Part shown: positions 52,797-64,000 of the stretch, piece by piece
Position numbering within the stretch: the first letter of the stretch is position 1
Layout: the number at the start of each line of letters is the position of its first letter
Assembly (NCBI GenBank): GCA_021613535.1
Contig: CP075497.1
Coordinates: forward strand, 7,378,001-7,442,000
Direction of reading: 5' to 3'
From: Adineta vaga
Lineage: Eukaryota; Animalia; Rotifera
Length of the DNA stretch: 64,000 bases
The notes under the pieces: model-generated
The model's database searches: none
What the model was told of the DNA's origin: nothing
What the model saw: the letters and a program-made list of their open reading frames with translations, nothing else
Translations under genes and position numbers: made by a program

Positions 52797-55627
52797 ATGT
52801 CCATTAAAAAACAATTATTTAAGTTATGTGATGAATTATTCGAGAAAAAAGATGAAAATACCAAAGAAATATTTTCGAAAAAGGTTGAATTTTTCTTTGA
52901 TTTGTATGAACTGATGTTTTTCCTTCTTAGACTGCTCTCTTATTTGGAAAAGCAGATCTTGCAAGAAATATCTGGTATCTTTATCAAATAAATATTCATT
53001 CAAATACAAAAGAAAATAATGAATTAGGATTTATTGTTCCTTGGAAATTAATGGAAGTAAAGATAACGATCTAAATATTTCTATCTAATTATTCATGAGT
53101 TGTACTTCTCTAGTTACCGATATATAACGATGAAGAATCGACAATAAAAGTAATATTTCAAAAAGAAGTTAATTATTTAGAAAACTGTCGTTTATACGAA
53201 CGATTTTCAAAACATATTTTCGAAAATGTGTTTGATTACATTACATTTGAATTTAATATCCATTCTTCGACTTTTAAATTACTGCCATGTTTATTAACAG
53301 GTAGAGGAAATGTTAGTTTTTTTAAAGACTTCTAGCTTTATTTTCTTAAACATAAGATCGGAATGAAATCGATTTCGATCGTATGTTGAATATCTGTCAA
53401 CGTCATAGAAAATCTCTTGAACATCCATCGCATTTATCTACTACAGAATTATATACTGTGTGGCATCTTTCAACAAAACCTTTTTACATATATCAGTCGA
53501 ATGCAACTTCTCCTATAAAACGAGCAATAGATCGCAAGACTGGCACACAGACTTACGCTGATTATTACGAGAGAATCACTCCGAATATATATATTCAAGC
53601 AGATTGGATAATGAGTTCAATGAAAGCAATTAATAAACTGAAACTATCATTAAATATACGAGAATATGAAATTTATTCATCGGATCAGACAATTTATTAT
53701 TATCCAATCGAAGTTCTATATTATGCTCCATTAAATCAACGAGATTTTCAATTAATATCGATGTTACCTAGTATTCTCGTTCGAATAGTTCAACTATATC
53801 ATCTTGAACGATTGAGAAAATTACTTGCAGTTAATCTCAATTCTTATCCGGTAAAATAATTCTTTTCGTTCAATTAAATGTACAAAAATCTGTACTGTAG
53901 TTAATAAAATCGAACAAAGTAACGTTTAAAGATGGTCTTGTAGAGTACATGCAAATGGTAAGTTTGAATATCTTTTCAATTCTATTCATTATTACTTTTC
54001 TCCATTTTTGGTTGTGTTCAATCGATTAAATTATGAAATTAGCAGTATGGATGACCATTTAATTCATCAACAACCATCAGTTGATATATTATTTCAAGCG
54101 ATAACAAGATGCGCAGCTCATGAACAAGTGAATCTGGAAAATTTAGAAGCTCTTGGTGATTGTTTTCTGAAATTTGCCGTATCTATGTCACTCTATTATC
54201 AATTTCCTTCGGCGACTGTGGGTGAATTGACAAAAGAAAAAAAATACAGAAATTACGAATAAAAATCTTTATCGATTAGTTGTGATGAATAAATTGAAAA
54301 GCTATCTTTACTCTGATAAGATTATTCTCCATGGTAATGATTCAAATTGGTTACCACCAGGATACGTTACTAAAAGCAAAGATCAGAAGAAGTACACACA
54401 TCAAATAGTAAAACGTAAAGCATTTGCTGATATGATCGAAGCATTGATTGGAGCTTTTCTTATTTCAAGTAGCTATATGACAACAATTAGATTTATGCAA
54501 TGGCTTGGATTAAATGTCATACCGTTAGATGAGAAAGGTAAACTTTTTGTTTAGAAATTATGATTCTAGTCTCGATCTTCTAAAGATTGTATCATGTCGA
54601 TACCATCAATCATTGATTCCTCATTGATGAATGAAATCAATCGCATTTTTCAAGATGAAGGATTTAGCGAGATCGAAGAGAAACTTCAATATAGCTTTCG
54701 AAATAAAGCATATCTCATTTCAGCTTTTACTCATCCATCGAAAACTATGCAGTGCAATGGTATTTCATATGAAAGGTACGATCACTTTCCATTATTAGTT
54801 CTAGTTTAAAATCTTGTTTCGTTATAGACTACAATTTCTAGGCGATGCTCTTCTCGATTTCTTAGTCATTCGTCACGCATTTCTTCATTATGATAAACAT
54901 GTTACACCAGGTAATATATTCGTACTTGTGTATTTTCAGCATTTCAAATGAATGCTATTTTATTAGGTCGATTGACCGATATTCGACAAGATCTACCCAG
55001 TAATAATCGTTTAGGATATATCCTGGTTTTATCTCAACTTCATACAAAAATTCGATATCATTCAAATGAACTTTCTCAACAAATTCAAACTTATGTAAAT
55101 ACAGTCAATACTCTGTCAAAAACTCTATCAGCAAAAGTATTATAAATCTAATAGCATTATAGCGATCTAATGAACATTTTCATTAGAATATTTCAACAAA
55201 AGCACCAAAAGTATTTGCTGATGTCTTTGAAAGTTTGATAGCTGCTATCTCTTTTGATTCGAATAATTCATTGGAAATCGTTTGGAAAGTGATTGAGCCA
55301 TTTCTTGGAAATTTTCTTGGTACACAATTGAATCTTTTCAGAATATTCAGAAATAGTTTTCTATTTAGATCGATCTATCATTGATCCTAATTTGAATCCG
55401 ATAAAATCCGTTGCAAATGAAAATGGTAAATTCCTTGCGTAAGTGTCAAATCACCATTGATTTTATTGAATAGTATTTTCATTATTGTATATAGAGAATT
55501 CACAGATGAAACTGGTGCTATTTGTTTGGTTCAAATGGCAGATGGTAGTATGTATGAAGGTCATGGGCAAAATAAAAATCAAGCTAAATCCGACGCTTGT
55601 CAAAAAGCATTGAAACGTAAAAATTGA
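52797..55627 (+). CDS. Dicer-like C: no helicase; platform/PAZ, RNase IIIa, RNase IIIb with E>Q, dsRBD; +1 frameshift in A8 run at 54237-54244
   Basis: FKLLPCLLT; TYADYYE (PAZ); ENLEALGDCFLK and [10 protein letters not shown]; ERLQFLGDALLDF and FADVFESLIA; GHGQNKNQAKSDACQKAL. Removing one A restores ...TKEKNTEITNKNLYRL. Confidence 0.8.
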
Positions 55628-57257
55628 AAAACATTCCTTTTTTTTAGAGTGACTAGATAATGGATTGCATACATTATATCAATATGATTTAAAATCATCG
55701 AATATCTGTTGCGAATAAAAAAATTTATTATTGATTTTAATTTGCATTTCATGTGATCAAGTGTCAATGACGGCAATAAAATCGTGATGTTAATGTTAAG
55801 CTATAAATGCTTGTATTGATTGGTATTTTTATGATCTATAAGAATTTACAAATGAAAAACAAGGTGCTTATTCGTTTGAAAATACAGACAAACTAGAAAA
55901 AGTTTATGCTATCCATAATGTATTGTAGTAAAAAACATTAAATATTCCGAATGTTTATTTATACATGTCTCGCCGTCTTTGTTAGCTTTTTCTGTGTTGA
56001 CATGGCATAGATGACAAATAATCAAAAAAATCATGTCAAAATACGCTGTAGTCGTTCTTTCTCTTCCCTCGATCTGATGTTTCTAATGATTAGTCAATGA
56101 CGATGTTTTTCTTCGCAGTTAATATATTCTGACAGTAAGGTGCTCTTGACTTAAAAGAAAAACAATTATTTTTAGGTACTTCATATAAACAGATGTGATT
56201 TTAATTTGTTGACGTGACGAATTCGAAAACTTTGGAACGGTTGTAACTAACGTATAGTTATCAGTAGTGAATAATCTGTTACCTTTAGATATACATACTT
56301 CTTGAGACGATATCAATATCATTTGACTTTAAAAACGTATGTAAAGACAGACATTTTTCATAAAAGATAGAGAACATTATCATTGTTGCAAAGGAAGTGT
56401 CATGAAATAAATTTTCTATTTGATTATGGTCCTGTAAATATTTGTGACTATTTTCATTGCGTAAGTATCACGGTATGCATGAATCAGTCAATAATTTCTA
56501 TTCAGGAACAATAAATAACATTCTGAGTGCACTATATGATGGTGACCTACGTTCAGATCTACCATTGTGATCCAAAGGCGCATGTAGAAAATTAAATAGC
56601 CCAAATAATAAATGTTATTATCCAAATTCCAAATAGATACAAAACATTGTAAGATATCTCAAGGTCGTGATACTAATACACTTGTGTTAGCTTTAGGTAT
56701 TACAATATGACTTCAATGAATTAATAATCGATATATTGACGAAGAAATATTTCATGCAAAGGATAGTATGCACGTTCGGATGAGATATTATTTCTATTTA
56801 AAACATACAAGAGAGATTATCATTCAAAATACGAATAATTATGCAAGAAAAGGTATATTATTTGATTCACATTCTCAAGAACATCAACAAAGATAAGTAG
56901 AATTAGACTTGATTGGCATCATGTTTAACAACTTTATATGGATCAATTGATGTTATTAGAATATTTGGTTACAAAGGATAGTTTTTCTATCATCATTTTC
57001 TTTATCGTATAATGAACGGATTTATACTATTAAAGAATATGATCAACATAAATATTTGATTGGAATAGAAATATTCGAAGCACTTTTTTCACGCGAAAAT
57101 GACGAAAACATAGCAAATGGCTAAACAATGTAATTCTAGTAGACAAATAAACAGATAAATATTTCCTTGCTTCTGTTTCTCAGTGTGATTAATTTTATTT
57201 GAAAAGAAAAAAATTCTTTTTTTCATTCAAACAAATAAAAATATTGTCATACAAATC

Positions 57258-57711
57258 TTATTCCAATTTTAATAAATGACGCACCCTTTGACGAAGAAGA
57301 CTCTATAAATGGAAAGAGAGAGAGAGAGTAAAAGAACAACACTATTCATTCATTAAACTAATTATTTTACTTACCAATCGAATTTCCTCTAAAAGTAAAT
57401 TTTTAATTAGCATTTCTTCATCTTCAGAAGTGGTCGCCATTTCGCCATCAAGATCATCAAAATTCGATCGAAGTACATCTGTTGCTATTGAAGCTGTTGA
57501 CAATTCACGTTTACCCCAATTACCTAAATTTTAACATAACATTCTTTTCAAAACAATTCAAAAACATACCACCAAAACATGAATGACCAAATTGTCCACA
57601 AAGACTACTTAAAGCAAGAGATTGAATAGGTTGAGTAAATTGAAGTAGAAGTATAACGATAAGAAAGCATGTGAAATACATAGGAGTTATATGGGCGGAT
57701 GATCGAGCCAT
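57258..57711 (-). CDS. CCHamide / excitatory peptide (GGNG)-family neuropeptide precursor
   Basis: Signal peptide, then spliced LCGQFGHSCFGGNW-GKR (C-x6-C ring, amidation and dibasic site), then an acidic propeptide. Three coding exons. Confidence 0.85.
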
Positions 57712-59543
57712 CGTCAATATAGAAATCAAGCTTATGTCGAAAATATCTAGGAAATGTAATTAAAATAAAAATAGAACCTTCATATTTATTGACTTGTTTA
57801 TAATCAATATCTGAATATAGCATGAATTATAATGAGCTTTTTCATTTTCAAAGAGAAATAAAGTATCGTTTGACACTTATTCCTCATGAGATCAGCGAAT
57901 TTATTCGAATAGAACGAGTGTAAATAACAGAAAATTTTATTGAGCTTTCCGTAACCTACCTATAAGAGAAAAGAGAGAAAAAGAGAGAAATATATGTTCT
58001 CTTGATAAATAAAACCGAACGGAAATTGTAGGAAATATTTTCTTAAAACTCATCGGCATGAGCAGATAGTTGTTCAAATATTTCTTCTCGATGCAGCAGT
58101 TTGGTCAGAAAACGAATGTATTGCTGACTAAAAGAATTCTTATTCTATTTATTAGTTTCGTAATCTTCTTTTGTAAGAGAAGAAGAAGAAGAAAAAACGA
58201 CGATAATTGTTACTTATAGTTCAAGAAAAAGAATCGGGTTATATACATATATATATATATATAGTTTTTAATTGGGAATCGAACAAAACATACGATCAAT
58301 AATTGATCACACACATCGACTAATGAATATTCACAAGAGTATATATTTTCAACAGAAAATGTGTATAAGAAATTAATTATGCTTTCGTATAGAAGAATTT
58401 CACGAACAGTTCTTGGACAATTAGTCACTTCTACCGTTAATTTCAAGCCATCAAAATGAGACAGTGATTCCATGACATATACGTTCACTAGTGACATCTA
58501 TCGGTTTATTTCGATTATATTTTGTTAAAAATTTTCTTCAAATTTCGTATTTATTATAATAGAAAGTTTATAAATAAATTTCCCAGAACATTCAAATGAC
58601 GTTTTGAATAAACCAATACCAATGATAAAAAAATAGGAAACAGAAAAAAAAGGCAAAACTAAACTAATAGCAATAGCAAGAATTATATGACCATTACAAT
58701 CATGATAGTTTGTCGTAATTTATTATATCTGATATATTGGTATCGTACATAAAGATAGAAATCTGTAAAACATTTTGTTAAAAATCTTCGTGAGAAATAC
58801 TATTCAAATGATACTAGTTCGATTAATCACACTTTTTATTGCGTTATTAATATGTTAATGAGGTTCATCATCCAATTAACTAGTGCATTAGTTCGTTTTT
58901 GATATTTAACAGATAAAATGAATTTGGCATGTGAAAAGATATTTGAATGTTGAAATATCAACTATATTCGTTTATTCATCTAATCTGTTTTTTTATGACC
59001 TTTTGTCTTTTATAACATTTTTGTTTTTTTCTTTTTATATCATTGTACTAATTTATATAGTTTTGTAATTGCAATAAGTACTAATTGAAAAGAAAAACAG
59101 AATAATAATATATCCATAGAAAAGAGATTACATCAATGATGTAGTTATGGATATGCTTGAAAGAAAAATCTGTTTTTTATTCTTGTTAATGCACTTTCAC
59201 TTAGATTTTTCTCCTTTGTGTATGATTGTGTGAGATGCATTCGTATCTGTTTATGCTAGTGCCATCCTGAGTCGTTTTTGCGGCTAGACTACAAACAAAT
59301 GAGTAGAAGAAGAAGAAGAAGAGAAACCAAACAGACTACTGGCATTACGAAGCGCGACAACATCTTTTTGTCCACAATTAGGAAAAAAAATAAGAAGAAA
59401 AGAAAAAGAACGAACAAACTAAAGGAAATAGAAAACAAGGAAAATCTGACAAATATAGTGCACTGAAAACTCACCTATTTTCATTTTTTTTCTTCTTTCT
59501 CTCCCTCCCTTCTCCCTCGTTCAGGTTTTCATTGCAACCAACC

Positions 59544-61945
59544 ATGTCGATACTTGAAACTATCAGTATAGTTGTACTACAACATAGTTACATTTCTCAT
59601 TTCTTTTCCTATTAACATTTAGAAAGCGCATTTACACAACAAGTAAGAGAAAAAAAAATCGATAAAGTGGAGAGTAAAGCTTGCTTATTGAACAAATAAT
59701 ATATCTATGTATGCCATAGACACAATTATTCCTTGTCATTTACTTCTTTTCCTTTATTTATATGCATTTCATTTGCGTGTGTTAGTTTCATTTAGATGAT
59801 TGTCATTGTCAGCTGAATGAAAGATGTTAAGAGTATAAGTGTCTTGACAACGACTCAGTAACAACCTGTTATGACATTAAAAAAATCATTTCGTTCTGTC
59901 TTCCTCTTAAGCAAATAAATCTTTCTTTCTTTTCTGTATTTTACCTCTTTTTTTCTTTCTTTTCAGACCAAAGTCCGATCAGCGAAAAAAAAATGACGGC
60001 ATTGGTGTTTTTGTTATTTCTTTTCTGTCAAAACTCAATTTAATACACTTCATACTTTGTATTTTTTTATCCATCCATCCAATTTCAACTCATTCACATA
60101 TGTGCCTTTCATCGCAAACTGTTGTTTGTTCTTGTTCTACGTCGTCAATGGGTATGGCAAAAGAATATTTCAAATATTTTCAATGTATTTAGTGCAAACT
60201 TTTTTTTTCTATTTTAATACTTTAGCATCAACAACATCAGTAGCCACAGACGATCTAATATCGAACGGTCTAGAAACAGATTTCTCTTCGAAAGATATAC
60301 TTGTTGATAAAAATTCTATGCCTGAAGATGATCCAAATGGAAATACTTTACATGAAGCTCATAATATACGTTGGGGACCTCAGCATGCCGGTGCAAAATT
60401 ACTTGCCAGTCAATATACGAATGGTAAGAGAGAAAAAGAAAAGTTCTTTTCAATAAGAAAATGATCTTGTATCAAAAAAAGAAGAAAAGAAAAGAAATTT
60501 GACACTGACAATGTATTCATATTTTTTTCTGAGTATATACTTCAAAAGGAAATATAAAGTTATTAGTCTCTCTAATGAATTGTATAGTTGGTTAAATCAG
60601 TCTTTTCTTTTTAAAGTGGTTAGTAGGTAGTCTTCTAAAATTTTATTTCTGATTAGAATATTAAAAAAAAAACAAATTAGTTCAGGCAATGTATGACTAA
60701 AATATAATTAGCATTTGAAAAATTAATCAATTTTATGCCTGGAAGAAACAAAAGAAAAGTGAAATCTTCTTATTTTATGCTCAATATTTATCAATGAACT
60801 TGCTCGAAATAACTAGAGATTCGTAGTGATTTCTTTGCCTCTTTGATCATTTATACACATAATCCAATATGAATATTAAATTTCATGGTCTAATTCAATT
60901 GATTCTATTTTTGATTGCCTCAAGGCTTATCTCAATATTCGAAAAACTCGATTTTCCTTTTCTTTTTCCTTTATAATATCAAACTAATGAAAACTTTTTC
61001 GTTCTTTGATTCTTTTAGAAAAACGTGCACAAGAATTAATCTCCATTATTCTATGTGTTTTATTAATGATGTACAATTTTTTCTTTATTTGTTCTTATTT
61101 CGATGTTAGAAATTGGTATTTAATCATTCCTTCTGCTTGTATGTTAAATTGAATTTCGTTTATATGAAAGAAATCTATTTTATTTATATAGTGCTAGGAA
61201 TTTCAACAGCGGACTTAGCATCAGGTATTGTCCATTGGGGTGCTGATACATGGGGTTCAGTTGATATGCCATTTATTGGTCGAAATTTTTTACGTCCATT
61301 TCGAGAACATCATATTGATCCAACATCGATAACACGTCATGACTTTATTGAAACAAATGGTGACAATTTTGCTGTTATTATTCCATATTTTCTCTATATG
61401 GCTTATAAGTTCACATTTTTCTCTGAAACTGATATAAGACGTTCATATAATTTTGAAGTTTACATGTTTCTTCTTGCTATATTTGTGTCAATGACGAATC
61501 AGGTAGATAAGACAAAACACTTGAAGTTTATTTTATTTATGACTCAATGTTTTAGTTCCATAAATGGTCACATACCTATTTTGGTCTACCTTCTTACATT
61601 GTCTTCTTACAACGTTATCATATTATTCTACCTCGCAAACATCATCGGATACATCACGGTAAATCTAGTACAATTCTTAGAGATTAATTTTAACGAATTT
61701 CCTTCTTGTTATTTTAGTTGTGCCTCATGATACCTATTTTTGTAGTTAGTATTTTTGATATTAAAAGTCAAAAGAAACGATTTATTCATTTGTTTATAGT
61801 TACAACTGGTTGGTTAAATCGACCATTGGAAATGATCCAGTTTTGGTCTTGTTTGGAAGCAATTGTGGAAAAATATACGGGAGCTAAACCTCGCTCAGAT
61901 GATTTTGCTTGGGCACAAAAGACAGAAAATGTTCATTATGAATAA
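59544..61945 (+). CDS. PEDS1: Plasmanylethanolamine desaturase (TMEM189/Kua)
   Basis: [80 protein letters not shown]. The first exon (MSILETI) is inferred from phase match. Confidence 0.93.
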
Positions 61946-62168
61946 GAAAAGTGTTTTATTTTTCGTCTATTTTTGTCAACAAAATCAAGTGCGATTATCA
62001 TATTCTTTCGTTTGTTTTTCTTCATTTGTTACAAATTTTTTTCTTGAGTTTGTTTTTCATCTATTCTGTTTGCATTATGATTTTGTTTCTTTAACGCTTC
62101 ATTTTTCATTTCTATTGATTTTGCCCTCAAAGTCCTTAACACTTTTTCTAGCATCTGTGATGACTATC

Positions 62169-62187
62169 TGTGTGTGTGTGTGTGTGT
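62169..62187. repeat. (TG)n microsatellite
   Basis: About 9 TG units, read directly. Confidence 0.85.
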
Positions 62188-64000
62188 ATGCATGTATGTA
62201 GAAGATAAAAAAGAACAAAAGAGCAACAGAAATTATTTATACTCTCATAGTATATATAGTTTACTTTGGTCCTTTTTTTATGTTGATAGAGAAAGAGAGA
62301 AAAATTAGTCAACAAAACAACAAGATAGTTCAAAACACACGATTGTCAGATAATCGTAGGTAAAGAAGAAAAAAAACGCTAAATAACTCATCCGGTTTTC
62401 ATTTTTCTTTCTTTCGTTCTTTCTTCTACTGTTATGCTTTTTTGTTTTTTGAAAGGAAAATAAACAAATATAGAAAGATAAAATGATCGATTTCGTTAAC
62501 AATTAATAGATATCGAAGAATATCATCAGCTTTCTTCATGATCATATGAAAATTCTATTGAACTTGAAAGAATACGAAAGAGTTTCATCTAATTGGAAAA
62601 TTTGATTTTTTTTTCCTGTCAAAAGCTCCAAGTGATATATTTATTTATTAGATAATTAGCGATAAAGGATATTTTTGTTTGTCATAAGAAAACAATTTCC
62701 GGAAATTAACTATGAACTAGCATGAAGTAAGCAAGACATTACTGAAGTTTCGTGATTGAAGAATTTCAATAAGATATATGTAGTTTTATTCGTAGAAGTA
62801 TGTAATGATGATTAAAGTTTCATGTGGATTAAAAATTTCTAAAATCAAGTTCTAGAAAACCTTATGTCTCGTTGTCGTCGATCATTTACTTCGCTTTTTG
62901 ATTAATTAATTCATTTATAAATAATAGCAAAGAAGTATAATAATTTTTCTTGTAAATTCAATCAATTTTTCTTTCAATATTTATTGTACGACATCTGGGT
63001 TCACTTCCAACATTAAGGGAAAACCAACTTCTTTTTATTCATCAAAATATCTAATTTCAAACCATATAGATCGTTCAACAGAAGTTTTCATATCTAAATT
63101 TGATATCATTGAATTCATTGGACTGATTATTGAAAAATCGTATTATTTAATTAAATTTATATATGTAACCGCTCACTCTTTACTGAGTTATTTCATGATT
63201 TCAATAGTTAAATTATGTTCTTATTCTTTGTTTGTTTTTTTCTTGTAATAAGTCAAGTATTTCATATTCATTTTCCAAATGGATATATGCTATTGAATGA
63301 CTATTATTGAGTTTATTTGAATAGGATTTTTCATCAATTTGAAGTCAAATGACTAATCAATCAATTAAAATTTCTCTCTTCTAATCTCAAGATATGAATC
63401 AACAATTTCTTCGTCAATCTTATAAGCGATTATATTGATAATCTCATATTTAATACAATATCATACAAAAATAGTCTTTCATCATTATTATTAATCTCCG
63501 GTCTTCACTTCGTCTTCAATATAGTCTATATACATTACCAACAACTAATCTGGATTAAAATCGACCGAAAGAGAGAGAGACAGAGAGAAAACGAACTGCT
63601 TCATTCTGACAATACACTAATACTCCGTTCCTAATCTCAACTCGGAAATTCCTCTTGTACTTTTTTTCCTCTCAATATTTTTTTCCTCAATAATGCATTC
63701 TATATCGGCTTAAGCTTATCACAATCCCAATGCGCTTGCTTGCCAGTCGATAAGCGAAAGCTCAATTAAATTCTTCTCCCAGTCAGGTTTCTTTTCGTTC
63801 TTTTTTTTTATTACTTATCGGCATGGTTGCCGTCCGTATTTCTATATAATCTACCTTATCAACAATCGTTGAACTAGAGCAATCTTTTTTTCTTCTATAT
63901 TGTTTGTTCGTAAATCAGAATGATGATGATAATTATAATGATGACATGGAAAGAAATTGGTAGTACTCAACTCTATCTTAGATTAACTCCAGGACAAATA

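Noticed and set aside
55700-59500. Short ORFs 56119-56322, 58210-58497 and 59278-59474, plus small stems near 56540 and 56670
   Set aside because: Low-complexity AT-rich intergenic sequence; the stems are short enough to arise by chance.
62975-63145. Minus-strand coding-like fragment (…SVERSIWFEIRYFDE*KEVGFPLMLEVNPDVVQ*)
   Set aside because: Short, interrupted by a stop and with no recognisable family, so a pseudogene call cannot be supported.

Overview
AT-rich, gene-dense eukaryotic DNA with many short (about 50-70 nt) GT-AG introns. Gene content and intron style fit a bdelloid rotifer (inference only). About 22 protein genes can be built by hand: PLAC8-like, PINK1, tail-anchored TIR, MS4A-like, SLC35G, PARP14-N-like, OspF/SpvC-like, NOLC1, MON1, MPP6, an orphan, PCGF3/5 with a nested antisense ORF, ERGIC3, ACTR1, MOGS, TMEM165, alpha-carbonic anhydrase, a small Cys-rich lipid-anchored protein, VWA7-N/HET-C-like, Dicer, a CCHamide/EP neuropeptide and PEDS1. 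There are also two frameshifted Dicer paralogues and a U4 snRNA. Three things stand out. (1) A Dicer locus at 42.5-55.6 kb: one complete Dicer sits between two helicase-less paralogues that keep the RNase IIIa catalytic residues but have altered RNase IIIb sites. The first spacer holds RNA hairpins, including a 504-nt fold-back whose ends match a splice donor and acceptor. (2) An intronless, C-terminally anchored ORF with the catalytic motif pattern of bacterial OspF/SpvC phosphothreonine lyases, a likely horizontal acquisition. (3) Operon-like runs of co-oriented genes with splice acceptors directly before the ATG, suggesting SL trans-splicing. All homology calls come from motif recognition by eye; no searches were run.
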